Notes under the pieces: generated by a model
Seen by the model: the letters and a program-made list of their open reading frames with translations, nothing else
Told to the model about the DNA's origin: nothing
Database searches by the model: none
From: the human T2T-CHM13v2.0 reference genome, Homo sapiens
DNA length: 64,000 bases
Direction: 5' to 3' (one strand)
Assembly: GCF_009914755.1 (NCBI RefSeq)
Contig: NC_060935.1
Part shown: positions 1-60,829 of the stretch, piece by piece
Numbering within the stretch: the stretch's first letter is position 1
How the letters are laid out: each line of letters begins with the position of its first letter
Program-made: the position numbers and the translations under genes

Positions 1-125
1 TAGCAGCATCCTTGGCCACTACAGCATGTGCACACAAACACACACACACACTCAGTTATGACAACCCAAATGTCTCCAGACATTGCCAAATGACAGCTGG
101 GGACACCCTAGCTGAAAACCATTGC
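1..125. mobile_element. MER20 DNA transposon fragment
   Basis: GTTATGACAACCCAAATGTCTCCAGACATTGCCAAATG...GAAAACCATTG matches the MER20 terminal region (from recall). Confidence 0.7.
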
Positions 126-128
126 CTC

Positions 129-482
<354 letters not shown>

Positions 483-799
483 CTATCCTACTCAGCTGTG
501 AGGAACTCATCCTGTTCCCAGTTCACATGGTCCTTAACCCTTGGGAAGGGCTCTGATCCACTGTGTGCCATGGCTGCTGCTGAGCTGGCCTCACCTCAGT
601 GGTCCCCTGAAATACAGAGTCTCTCCTCCCGCCCCCTAACCCAACCCCACATCTTACAGAGGCTATATATGGCCTGCGTGCCTAGGCTGGGGGGGCCCCT
701 TGCAGGGTGTCTAAGCACATTGTCACCTCTGACTCTGGGCATCTACCAGTCCAAGGAGCAACACTCCTTCCCCCTACACCCTGAGGGGGTCCCGGGGGT

Positions 800-1170
800 C
801 TGCGTCCAGCTGACGGAATTAGCTGATGGACTGGATACGGGCTGTGAAAGAGGATGAGTCGAGAATGCTTCCACAGTTTTCAGCCTGAGCCGCTGAAAGA
901 ATAATGATGCCATTGGCAAGAGGAAGTCAAGGGCAGGCGGGGTTGAGAGGGATATTGGGAATTATGATTTGAGCACCCCGGGAAGTCTGTCAGCCATCCA
1001 CACGAAGATGTCCAGATGGCAGCTGGATAGATAAGTCTGGGACTGGGGGGTGAGATCTGTGCAGAGGACAGGTTTATGGGAGTCATCTGAGATGGCATTT
1101 ATAGCCACAAGACTGGCTGGATCTCCCAGGGAGGGGGGTGTGGATAGCAAGGCCCAGGACTGGGCTCCAG
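800..1170 (-). mobile_element. L2 fragment
   Basis: Typical L2 antisense text (agatgtccagatggcagctggata...tgggagtcatc). Confidence 0.6.
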
Positions 1171-2127
1171 GGTTCTCTGATTGATAATAATTATCATTTT
1201 ATTCCTTGAAGCATCTGGCACAGTGCCTGGCTCTATACAAGTCCTCGGAATTGGACAGAACTCTACAGTACTTTATTTTCCCCACTAATAAGGATGCCAG
1301 TTCTATCTTTGCAGAAGAGCTACAAGTTAGGATCACTCAGTTAAGTAAGAAATTAAGAGATTTCTTAGGAGTTTCAAACAAAAATTCCAGGTCTACAGAG
1401 CCCCAATTCTGAGCTGCAGCCCTTCCCTAACCCCTACTCCCCACTTACACTGAGATCCAGCTCTCCTAGTTTTTCTGATATTGAGAAAACTTTAAAGTTG
1501 GGAATTTGCTCTGCTGAGACTCAGTCACCCTCGCTGTACCTTCAGTGCCACTGCTGCAGGAACTACGGCCTCCAAGCTGACTCCAGATACAGCCTCGCCA
1601 TGCCTCTCCCTACCCTTGACTGCAGCAGCACTGAAATAGCAGCGTGAATCACTCTGGGACGTCACGTGATGCCCAGGCCAGGACGCAGCTGTGGTTGGTG
1701 CGCCTGTGTTCCAGGGACCTGGGAGGAGGGCCCTGGCCGGCCAGAGTGGCTGCCTCCCTGTCCTCCTCTGAGTCCACCAAGAGGCTTGGAGAAGACTGAG
1801 TTGGTGGAAGTTGTAAGAGCTAACACTTCTGGGTATTCAGAGGTGGCTTTACTGTAACACTAAAGCAGCTTAAACATCGGGGACCCCATTTGTGCTCCTT
1901 CTAAAGCCACACACCTCATTTTTTGTGTTTCTTTTCTCAAAGCGAGCTCTCAAATTGTCATAAGCTTCAGGTCTGACAAGACTCAAGGCCAACCCGGGAG
2001 GATTATATTGTTCAATCTGCATAGTAACCTTGGGAAGTCAAGGGCACTTTATCCCCCCTACCTTACAGACAAGGACACTTAGAGCACAAAAAAGCCTTCC
2101 TTAGATTTCTTGAAAATTCTGGGCCAG

Positions 2128-4716
<2,589 letters not shown>

Positions 4717-5769
4717 CTAAAGCCTCCAGCACTTTCAAGTGAGGGATTACCAGGTTTGCGGATCTGCTGCAACTTGGCTGCAGTGTCCAAAATGGGTGGG
4801 GCAGGTGGAATTAAAGATGAGGCTGTGGAGACAAGCTACTGGCAGAGAGGACACACTTTAAACCCTGGGAAGATATCATTACCCAGAGAGGGGGAAGGAT
4901 GAGGACACTGCAGAGCCCAACATCATCGCCAGACCCGAGTCATGCGGCTCCTTTGTTCCAGGAACCAAGGCTGACCCTAGAAGCAATAGCAGCATTTTCA
5001 CTCCGCAGGTGCATCTCTTCCACGCTTTGGGGTGCCTGCCCTGCCTCCGACTTCTGGGGCTGGGATTTAAGGCCCTACCAGGGCACAGCTCGCCAGCTCA
5101 CAGGCGGTCAACTACTGATTCAGTTCTTCGTCTCCTTCACTCCTTTACATCGGACTCACGAGGGCTGAGGGGCAGCTCCCTTTCGTTAAGTGCTTCCCGC
5201 GTGCTCAACACCGCACGAATTCCCCTCGGCCCTACAGGACCAAACGACCGGCGCGCTGAGAAAGGGTGTGCGGTTCCACTGAGGACGCCCAAGCGGGACA
5301 GCCGGGCCCGCCGCGGTGAGATCCCCGGCCTGTCCAGCCCAAGCCCAAGCGCCCTCGCGGTCACGTGGCATTTCCGGAACATTCAGAACCTAACAGCCAG
5401 GAGGCAGGAGGGCCGGGCCGAGGCCGGAGCGCTGGACAACGCGGGTAGCTGGCGCTCGAGGGACAGGCAGCTCCCACCGGCTAGGACCCCCATCCCGATG
5501 CGCGGGCGAAGGGCTGGGGCCCTGTGCCGCTGGCGATCCCGGGGACCGCCTGGAACTCGCGGCACTCGGGAGCGAGAGGGAAAGCAACCCAGAGGCCCCG
5601 CAGCCGCCGGCGACACAGCTACAGACCCCGACTGCAGCCGGTACTCCCATATATCAGGGGCGGGGCGAAACCCGGCCTTTTGAAGGGCAGCGATTTAAAC
5701 CAATCAGCGCAAAGAGTTGGCAACCCTCCGCCCAATTGGAATCGCTCTCATTCTGAAGGCGGTTCCGAC

Positions 5770-5919
5770 ATGGAGTCCGGCAGCCCAATGGGAGAGGTGG
5801 AAATTTCCAGAACGATCAGAACCAATGGGCGCGGCCAGCGCGGCTACGATTGGCAGTGCAAAAGACCAATCCGTGTCGCAGAAGTTCGCTCCTCCCTCCA
5901 TTCGTGGAGCCTGAGATGG
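5770..5919 (+). CDS. STIP1: STIP1 alternative upstream first coding exon (MESGSPMGEV...SWSLRW, 50 aa), giving a 590-aa isoform
   Basis: ATG at 5770, 150 nt open, donor TGG|GTGGGT at 5919/5920 in phase 0, compatible with exon 2 (13023). Matches my recollection of the long STIP1 isoform N-terminus. Confidence 0.75.
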
Positions 5920-6206
5920 GTGGGTTTATAGAGGAGCGCCCAATCCTGAGGTGCGGGGGAGGCAGGGTTGAGGGAATTACTCCCCGCTGTCCAATGAGAA
6001 GGAAGTGGAGATGATGGGCTGGACCTCAAGCCAATAGTAGAGCAGCACAGACATTCCCCCTAGAAGAACTCGACCAGTGAGCAGGCGAGGAAGGGGCGGG
6101 AGCCGGGGTCCCGGTAGCTTCTAGTAGGTTCCAGAAGGCGGCGCGTGCGGTTGGGAACGCGGAGCGGACGGATTCGATTCAACGGGGTTCCGGACCGCGC
6201 TGCGCT

Positions 6207-24072
<17,866 letters not shown>

Positions 24073-24459
24073 TGACTTGTTCATCCCCCCTTCCCTTCGC
24101 CCTCATGTGGAAAGAGGAGCTGGGACCGCGGCGAGCAGCACGGAGCGGAAGGGAGAGCAGGGGAGAGAAGGCCTCATCTCTCTATATTTATACATAACCC
24201 CGGGGAAGACACAGAGACTCGTACCTGCGCTGTTTGTGCCGCCGCTGCCTCTGGGCCCTCCCAGCACACGCATGGTCTCTTCACCGCTGCCCTCGAGTTC
24301 CATGTCTCTTTCCCCTGCCCCTAGTTGCTGTCTCGGCTGCTCTCCCATAGTTGGTTTTTTTTTTATTTGGGGCAGTGGGCATGTTATGGGGAGGGGAGGG
24401 GGTTCTTCCAGCCTCAGGTCCCAGCTGTCTCACGTTGTTTATTCTGCGTCCCCTTCTCC

Positions 24460-24465
24460 AATAAA
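24460..24465 (+). terminator. STIP1 polyadenylation signal
   Basis: AATAAA ~390 nt after the stop codon, followed by GU/U-rich downstream sequence. Confidence 0.85.
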
Positions 24466-24839
24466 ACAAGCCAGTTGGGCGTGGTTATATGTTGCTTTGG
24501 CCTTGAGTGATTTTTTTTTTTTTTTTAAACCAGGAGTTTGTCTTGCAGGGGCTGCTCCTGGAACCTGATCTTGCTCTTCTCTTTGGGGCGGGCTTAGGAG
24601 GAGTCCCAAGCTGTGGCTTGGCACAGCTCCATGGCTTTGCCAAGAAGGTTGCCAGATGGCGCTGTTGCTCAGCAGCTGGAAGGGAATCTGAAGGCTTCCC
24701 CACCCCAAGTAGTACCAATGAGAGGTTCAGATAAGCTTTGGGTGCTGTTAATTCTCCACGTTATAGTGGAGATCCAGAGAACAGGATTCTAATGTGAGAT
24801 GCTGAGACCTCTGTGGGGAGAGGGCAGCTATGCTGTTAG

Positions 24840-25487
<648 letters not shown>

Positions 25488-26379
25488 CTGGGTGATGGTT
25501 TTAATGCACGGCTCTTACCTGAGAACTTAGGGTGCTAAGCTTTAATTACACTTTTCCATGGTTGCAACAAGCTGCGTTTTCTAAAGCTCTCTTCCTGGAC
25601 TGGGGAGGCCTTTGGGGCAGGAGTAAAACTTCCTCATTTGCTCCAAGAGTGCTGCTTTCTGGGCTAGGAAGGCGCTGAGACTAGCAGCTGGCTGGACTTC
25701 CTGCTGTTAGTTTCATCAGCTTTCTTTTCCCCTGGGAATCCCCGGCAGGCCGCCCCCTTCCCCATCTGAGTGGCGATGCTCAGGTAGCCTCCCCCATTGG
25801 CAGGACTCTGCCGCCCCCAGGCTTGCCCACCCTGCATGCTCCAACCCCAGTGTGTTCACTGGAAAGGCCGCTGTCCTGCGCAGAGCTGGTGGCGGACGTG
25901 CCTTGCTCTACTGAAGTCCACATCCTAGGGCAGGTGATGAGCAGGAGGGTATAGACCACCAGAGACCCCTGAGGTGTCACCTAAGCAGGGACTTGATGGG
26001 AGTGAGCCTCGTGGGGACTCGGGGAGGCTCATCCAAGTGGAGCACAGTGGAGGGGTCGTGTTTGGAGCTGGGTGACCTGAGGGCCCGGGAGGTTGTGGAT
26101 GGTCTGGGCCAAGTACTGTTCACTTGTTCACCTGGCAGGTCTGAGTTCATGAGTTTGAAGGTAGCCCTACGCGGAGCTAGGAAAAACTGCAAAATGGACT
26201 TGTTTCCCTCTGGGGCCTTGAGGGATCCTTGGTTGATAGGGATAGCCAGGCTGGAGCCGATTTAACCTGTGAGTCCCAAATAACCTGGATACACTCTGTC
26301 GACTCCTGGGCTCTCCCTCCGGCAGCCCAGTGATGTTTCAAAGCCCAAGGTCCCCACCTCATGTGACAGGCTGAGGATG

Positions 26380-26760
26380 GCAGACACTTCCCACAAAAGT
26401 GGACCTAGCCCTGAACACACACAGCCGGGGGACTTGTTGAGTTTGCACTGAGCTTCCCTCCAAATGAGGAAGGGGGCGTTTTTATGGTGTTGAGTCGCTA
26501 AGCCCCGCTCTCCCTAGCTTCCTGTGCTCTCTGGGGACAAAGGTGGGGGGGCCCCTGGAACCCTCTGTGGGCTGGCAGTGTGCTTCCTGCACCCAGCGCC
26601 AGCCCGCCCTGGGGAGGGGCTGAACCCGCCCTGCTCGTGATAAGGCACAAGCAAGGGCTGCCCTGAAGGAAGCTCCAAAGAGAAAGGAGGGCAGGAAGCC
26701 CACGGCCCACAGGGGTGTAGCCCGAGACCCACCTGCAGCCCCCAGCCCTTGCCAGGAAAG
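26380..26760 (+). promoter_or_regulatory. FERMT3: FERMT3 promoter and non-coding exon 1
   Basis: Strong donor AAG|GTAAGC at 26760/26761; several ETS cores (GGAAG/CTTCC) and GATA sites (TGATAA 26638; CTTATC 26801), consistent with haematopoietic expression. The TSS cannot be placed exactly. Confidence 0.6.
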
Positions 26761-27310
26761 GTAAGCTCAGGCCTCACTGGGACCCTGGGCCCTTCTCTTC
26801 CTTATCCTCCTGCAGCCTCTGCCCAGCCTGCCTCTCGCCATGCGGCAGCCTGAACTTTCCACCTCCCCGGAGAGGCTTTGGCTGGTTTGTGATGTTGGCA
26901 TCTGAGCTGTGGGCCAGGATCGGAACTACTTCCTGGCCTGGGTACGAAGCCATGGCCAGAGTGGGCAGCTGCCCCTGAGGGTCTGGGAGTGAGCTGTGGG
27001 CTGGCATTGAGCACGGTGGTCCTGAGTGAGCCCCTTCTTACCCGGCCTCAGTCTGCCCGCCTGTAGGATGGGAGCGGATTGGACTACATGGTCTCTGAGG
27101 GCCCTCGCGGCTCAAGCGCCAGCGCTGGAGAGAGAGTCTGAGGGTACCACGGGCGTGCTGGCCTGGGTGCTCACTCCCGCCCTCCTTCATGAGCGGCTTT
27201 CCTCTGGGTGTGTCCAGGGCATCACAGAGCTCTTCTGCCCAAACCCGGAGGCCTACCAGGGCCTGCCCACCTTGCCTCCTTCCACACTCTCTGTAGCAGC
27301 AGCCGCAGCC

Positions 27311-43438
<16,128 letters not shown>

Positions 43439-43805
43439 GGGCTGTCTGATTGCCCCTGCCCTGCTCACCACCCTGTCACAGCCACTCCCAAGCCCACACC
43501 CACAGGGGCTCACTGCCCCACACCCGCTCCAGGCAGGCACCCAGCTGGGCATTTCACCTGCTGTCACTGACTTTGTGCAGGCCAAGGACCTGGCAGGGCC
43601 AGACGCTGTACCATCACCCAGGCCAGGGATGGGGGTGGGGGTCCCTGAGCTCATGTGGTGCCCCCTTTCCTTGTCTGAGTGGCTGAGGCTGATACCCCTG
43701 ACCTATCTGCAGTCCCCCAGCACACAAGGAAGACCAGATGTAGCTACAGGATGATGAAACATGGTTTCAAACGAGTTCTTTCTTGTTACTTTTTAAAATT
43801 TCTTT

Positions 43806-43826
43806 TTTATAAATTAATATTTTATT
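43806..43826. terminator. Overlapping poly(A) signals of convergent FERMT3 (TATAAA, +) and TRPT1 (AATAAA, -)
   Basis: TATAAA at 43808-43813 on +; TTTATT at 43821-43826 equals AATAAA on - and contains the TRPT1 stop codon. Confidence 0.65.
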
Positions 43827-45806
43827 GTTGGATCCTCCTCCTTTCTCTGGAGCTGTGCTTGGGGCTACTCTGACACTCTGTCTCTTCATCACCAGCCAAG
43901 GAAAGGGGCTTTCCTGATAAAGACAAGAGTTGGTTAGAGAAAGGGACACCTAAGTCAGTCTAGGGTTGGAAGCTAGGAGAGAGGTGAGGGCAGAAGGGCA
44001 CAGCTTTCAGGAACAAGGAATAGGGGCTGGGGTGGTGGTTCTCACGGGTAGGGCGTAGCTGCAGGGCCTCCTTGAAGTACTTGGGAAGGAGGAAGCCATC
44101 AGTATTCCCTGGAGTCAGAATCACCCCATTGGCAGAGCGGAAGAAGGGTATTCCATCTGCTGACAGAGCCAGAGATGTGACTCATGCCCTCCCCGAAGGC
44201 AAGGGCAGCTCCTGCTTTGTCCAGACTCACCTGCCAGAGCCAGGGGTCCATCGATGAACACAGCTATTTCACAATGGGACCGCATGCCTGCAGAGACAGC
44301 TGGAGCTGAGGCCTGGGCACCTGGAGTGCAGTCAGCAACCTAGGCAGACTGGGGTCCTGGGCTGGGGGATGCAGGGGTGCTGCTCCATGCCGGACATGGG
44401 GTGGCCCCAGACAAGTGTTGTAACCTTTGAAGGGGACCTGGGAGGACAGAGTGGGTGGGAGTAGCTAGGTGGAGGGGAGGGCACTGACCACTGATGATAC
44501 CGGGGTCTCCAGGCAGTCCTGGGGCCAGGTGAATGTGCGTCCTTCCCTGGCAGGACAGGCCTTTGAGTAGGATGGATGGCCAGTGCTTCCAGAATGTACC
44601 ATGGACTAGCATCGGGGGCAGGGCCTGCGGTGTCTCCAGGGGCATCAGCTCCAACTTAGGTACCTGGTTGAACGGGTAGCAGTGAGACCCCCTTCGCAGG
44701 CAGGGGTCCCTCCCATCTCGTCTCGCACTTGTCCCCTCACCCCGACCTGCAGGGAATGGCCCTGGTTGGCCCGGATGAGAAGGCCAGTGCTGGGATCCCC
44801 CAGCTGCAGGGCGAACCGCTGCTTCCTATTGGTGTCCACCACGCGCTGCACATCTTCAGCAGAGAAGCCGCGGAACTGGGGCAACTGCAGGAGGGTGCCC
44901 AGGGGCACGAAGCCATCTGTGGGCAGGCAGGGTGCTCAGGAGCTAACCTTGCTCTGGACTGGGCCAGGGTTAACAGGGAGCCACAGGCAACCGAAACAAA
45001 GTCTGGGCTTGGAGATCGCTTGGGCATCCTCTGTGGGACCTTTAGAAAGTCTCCCCTTTCTGGGCCGCAGTTTTTTCAACTTACATAAAAAGAGGATCTG
45101 CCTCACGGAGGGGCAGGGAGGTGAGTGCCCAGCATAGCGCTGGCCCGGAGTGCACACTCACACCACCAGCTGCACCGTACCCTCCAGGGCTCGCCCTCGG
45201 GGTAAGTGCTGATCTGGCTGCTTGGCTGGAGGGGGCGGTCACCAGGCCTGGCCCAGACAAGAACTCTCCTCAGTCTGCTGTGGACATGACAGGGGCTCTA
45301 GGCCTTGCTCTCCTCTGTGCATGGGGAGGAAGTGCACTCTGTGCCTTCCTCAGGGAGCGGTGGAGGCAGCCATCAGGGAGGAGTCGCAGACAGGCTCACG
45401 TTTCTCTCTGGGCTCAAGCCCCAGCCTCCAAGGCCCCTACTTACCAGCTCCCATGGGAAGCCCCAGCTTCAAGGCCCCATGGCGCAGGGCATAGGACAGA
45501 GCCTTGGACAGCTGCACGTCTCGGTCCTGAAAGAACCCAGCGGTGGCCCCTAGTCTCCATGGTGACCCTGCCCTACTGCCCATCCTGAACCCTCAATGAC
45601 CCACTGCAGAGAGAGCCCAGAGAGAAAGGAGTGCCAGTGGTCTCCAGGAATAGTAGGACCCTTCAGCTCCGCCCCCCAGCAACTCCCAGGGAGCCTGGAC
45701 TGGTGGGAGGGGGTGGGGAGGAGGCGCGCACCTGTTCTCGGGGTCTGGGAGCCCTTCTACCCCTGGACCCTGCTGCTTCCTGCCTCCCTCCTCCAGAGAA
45801 GTTCAT
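43822..45806 (-). CDS. TRPT1: tRNA 2'-phosphotransferase 1 (Tpt1/KptA family, NAD-dependent), 253 aa
   Basis: Minus-strand exons 45806-45732, 45526-45445, 44916-44747, 44663-44489, 44287-44231, 44156-44046, 43913-43822. Total 762 nt. Motifs LRHGA, KQRF, IRANQGHS, HGT, RTHIHLA, SGMR and NGVILT. Confidence 0.98.
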
Positions 45807-45999
45807 GGTTAAGACCTGTGGGGGGCAGTGACGAGGGGGGACTGCTTTAAGGCCCCTTCCACGTCCCCATCCCTCCCAGAAAGTCACAAAGCCTCAGGAA
45901 GTGAGCGCTGGGTGGGAGTATACGGCTCATTAAGTTCACCACCCCCAAGTCCCTGCTGCAGAGAGGGAAACTAAGGCCCAGCAGGCCAGACTTGCCCAA

Positions 46000-46430
46000 G
46001 GTCACACCGTCAGCCAGGAGCGCAGGGAGGCCGAGCCCCGCACCCCAGATCGCTGGTGCGCCCCGCAGGGTGGTCCGGGAGGCAGGGCCGACGTGCCGAC
46101 GGACCGGGCGGAAGCGTCGGGGCGGCGGGGACAAACCTCCAGGATCCTCGACCGCGGCGGACCCGCCAATGAAAAGCCGCGTGGAAAGGGGGCGGGCACT
46201 TCCGCTTCGGGGAAGGGGCGGAGCCTGAGGGACCCGGCGGCTGGTGAGCGCCCGCTGGAGGCTGGAGCTTCCGGGCCCTGGAAAGGGGTCCCCGCGCGCC
46301 CCGGGTCGGAGGCAGACCCCTGGGTTTGGGGGACATGGGCATTTGGGGCGCCTGAACCCAAGACCTCTGGATGGTAGGGATGCCCGGGCGTCCTGGATAC
46401 CCTGCGGGACTCGGGGCTCCTGCGGGGAAG
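46000..46430. promoter_or_regulatory. Bidirectional CpG-island promoter shared by TRPT1 and NUDT22
   Basis: CpG-rich segment between divergent ATGs (45806 on -, 46599 on +); CCAAT ~46166, GC boxes, ETS/GABP sites (CGGAAG ~46110, CACTTCCG ~46197). Confidence 0.8.
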
Positions 46431-46598
46431 ATGGCACGTTTTACTGCCCAAGGAGTGGTCAGGGGGGTGGAGAAGCGCTGCGGATACCCTCAGGAGGTCT
46501 GCGACAGAGGGGGCTAGCTGCGCAGCCCAGGAGTGGTAGTGGCCCCCCTGGATGACAGGCCTGGCCGTATCCTCCCCCAGAGCTGCCCCGTTCAGACC

Positions 46599-49936
<3,338 letters not shown>

Positions 49937-50798
49937 AAATAATAAACGACTTTATTCTTGGATTCCGTTGGCATCTGCTATTTCTGTAACAGAGAGGAGC
50001 AATGGGCCCTGAGTGTGTAAGGCAGGACAAGTGACTTGGGAAAAAAAAAAAAAAAACCCGCCCAGCCTGTGTCCCCCTCTGCAAGCAGGGGATAAGAACT
50101 GTGCCTCCCTTTCTTTGCTGGCTCCAGAGAGGCTCCGGGGCGGAAGCAGCTCCGTAAGATATACCTCGCTGCAGAGGGGAGCAACAGCGGAACGGAGACA
50201 CGGTGGCCGGGCCGAAAACGTCACAAAGCCGCAGAGAGCGGGCTCTGTCCCGCCCGCTCCCCAGGTGGGCGCCCGCGCCTGTCCAGCGAGTCCGCAGGCT
50301 GGGGGACCGGAGGCACCAAAGGCCAATAGACATGTAGGGGCGGGGTCTCCACCGATTTTTTTTTTTTCCTGACAGGTGGACGTGGTCTTGGCATCCACGC
50401 CAATGAGAATGTGAGGGCGGGGCCTGAATAGACGCAGGAAATGGCGACGGCCGCGGGTCTGTGAGCAGCGGGGGCGGGGCCTGGTTGTGGCCCCTCCTTC
50501 TCCCGTCCCCAAGTTCCCTGGGTGGGAACGGGGTCTTGGGGTCCCTGGCTGGGTGGCCAGACCCCGAAGCCAGCGCTGGGAAGGGCTGCGGATGCCCGGG
50601 TCAGAGGAAGGGGCAGGTCCAAGGACACGCGGGTCTGGTCCTGGGCAAGAACCGCCCCCTCTCCGGGCCTGCTTCAGTCTTCCTTTGCAGAACAACGGGC
50701 CAGGCCCCTTCCCTCTGCCCCCGGGTGCTTGAAGTCTAGCCCCATCCTGGTCCAATGCGCTCTTGGTAGCCTCCTTTCCCAGCTGCCCGCCCGCCGCC

Positions 50799-54129
<3,331 letters not shown>

Positions 54130-54778
54130 GGGGCTCACCTGGATGGGGCCTGCAGTGCGTTCCCGCTTTGCTTCCTTCCCTGGACGGCCCGCTCCCCGAA
54201 ACGCGCGCAATAAAGTGATTCGCAGAGCTCGTGTCCGGCTCCCTCCTTAAGGCCCGACGCCCCCGGCCCCGGCCTCGCCAAGGGGCAGCGCCCCGCCCTC
54301 CGGGTAGTGGCGGCGGCGACTGGGGAGCCCAGCCTCCTGGGCGGTGCGTCCCCTTTCCCCTGCCGCGGCGGGAGGCGGGAGGGGGTGTGTGGAGGAGGCG
54401 GGCCCCGCCGACGGCCTCGCCCCCCCACCCCGCCGCCCCGCCCCCGCCCCACGGGCCGGTGGGGAGCGCGTGTCTGGGTCACATGAGCCGCCTGCCCGCC
54501 AGCCCGGGCCCAGCCCCCCGCCGCCCCCGCCGTCCCCGCCGCCGCTGCCCGCCGCCACCGGCCGCCCGCCCGCCCGGCTCCTCCGGCCGCCTCCGCTGCG
54601 CTGCGCTGCGCTGCCTGCACCCAGGGCTCGGGAGGGGGCCGCGGAGGAGCCGCCCCCCGCGCCCGGCCCCCGCCCGCCGCGCCCGGGCCCGCGCCATGGG
54701 GCTCTGGCTGCCGCCGCCCCCCGCGCCGCCGGGCTAGGGCGATGCGGGCGCCCCCGGCGGGCGGCCCCGGCGGGCACC

Positions 54779-58404
<3,626 letters not shown>

Positions 58405-59383
58405 CACATGGCTTTTCAGACTCAGCAGGGTGACTTGCCTCAGAGGCTATATCCCAGTGGGGGAACAAAGAGGAGCCTGGTAAAAAACAGCCAAGCCCCC
58501 AAGACCTCAGCCCAGGCAGAAGCTGCTCTAGGACCTGGGCCTCTCAGAGGGCTCTTCTGCCATCCCTTGTCTCCCTGAGGCCATCATCAAACAGGACAGA
58601 GTTGGAAGAGGAGACTGGGAGGCAGCAAGAGGGGTCACATACCAGCTCAGGGGAGAATGGAGTACTGTCTCAGTTTCTAACCACTCTGTGCAAGTAAGCA
58701 TCTTACAACTGGCTCTTCCTCCCCTCACTAAGAAGACCCAAACCTCTGCATAATGGGATTTGGGCTTTGGTACAAGAACTGTGACCCCCAACCCTGATAA
58801 AAGAGATGGAAGGAGCTGTCCCTGCCTGTGTCACTGTTTGTCACTGCCCAGGCTGGCTGGTTTGGGCATGAATGTCTGCATCACTAAATCCAGAGCTTGT
58901 CTTGCTCCCTCATTGTGCAGATGGAGGAAATGAGGACTAAGGCCCCACAGCAGATCCCAGGCAGGGCCAGAATTATGTATTCATCACTTTCAAGTTATTG
59001 CCACGCATGGGAGTCAGGGAGAGCCCAGTCAATACAGACTGCCTGCCCTCCTGCTCTTCACCAGGGTTCTTTTCTAGAAGGAGACAGCCTTCTGTGGCCA
59101 GAGAGCTTGGGGTAGGACCCAGATCTACTGAGTGACCTTGCTTGTCACTACCCCTGCCTCTCTGAGCAGCAGTTTCCACATGTGCACATAGAGGGAACAG
59201 AAGATTGCTGTGGTTGGCGTCCTCGGGCCCCAGAGAAGTTTGAGACTATCTTTACGTAATAGAAAAGAACACTTGTTCTTCCTGCCAGGCAGCGCTTTCA
59301 GCATCTGCTGCTTTTTGTTCCCTGCAGCTTGAATCTAAAGCCTCAGCACCTGCCCTGTCTTAACTTCACTCCCACCTCCCTGA

Positions 59384-59758
<375 letters not shown>

Positions 59759-60829
59759 CAACCCACACAGTTTTCTCCACCCTCGCCTCCCTTGCATCCT
59801 GCAGCTTCCTTCATCAGTTGCTGCCTGAGATTCTCCTGACTTGTCTATCCTAGCCCAAGCCCAGCCCCTACCCTTCTCCCTGCAGCCTCCAGTGCCCAGG
59901 GCTGAGTGGTTTGGGGTGGATGAAAGGCCAACCTTGGGCACCACTGCTTTGCCTGCTGAAGCAGGACATTCAGGGGCAGAGTTAACTCAATTGGGCAGCC
60001 ACTGGGAGGGGCAGCCACCCTAATGGAGGCTTTCTCTGAGGTGTTGGGTCAGAGCATGTGGGTATGATCTTAGTGGGCCTAAGGCAGGAGTGGGTTGAAC
60101 CAGGAGACAATTCCTGACAGCGATTACTACTTTCAAATCATTTTCTCAGTCATGATGTCACTGGACATGCCATAGGTCAATTAGCATGAGGCAGAAAGGG
60201 GTTAGGGCCCCAGAGCTACCGCCTCCAGAGCCCAGTTAGCCCCACCAGTCACGCACAATGCTTCACATGCACCTCCTCACTTCCTCCTCGCTCGATTCTG
60301 AGGTCAGCATCATGATTGTCTTCCTTTTACAATTGAGGAAATAGGCTCAGAAAGGCTAACTGGCCGGGGGGATTTGACCTCAACTCAGCTGTCTCCCTAA
60401 CCTTCAACCTAGGTTTAGCTGCCTCTCAACTGCAGGTTCATTACTTCAGTTGACAGATGTTTGGTGGCTGCTGGGGCGCCTGAAAATAAGTCTGGTGGGG
60501 GAACAGGCCCAGCCAGATCATTCCAGTCATGAGTCACAGCCCAGGTGCACAGGTAGAGGTAAGCCTGGCTCCTGGGAGAGAGATGTGGGCAGGAGCATTG
60601 GCTGGAAGCCAGGGCTTGTCATTGGACATCATCTCGGTCCTGCAGGGGCCCTGTGGGGTGGGTGTCATCAAGCCCGTGTTACACGCCTGTATTGGATGAC
60701 AAATTCTACCAAGCACACAGCCGACCGGGAGTTCAAACGTGAGTGTCACTGTGAAGCCCAGGCTCCACAGCGACTGAGGGCCGTGGGCCATGATGAGGCC
60801 CGGGAAAACAGGAGTGCTGTGGGAGAGGC

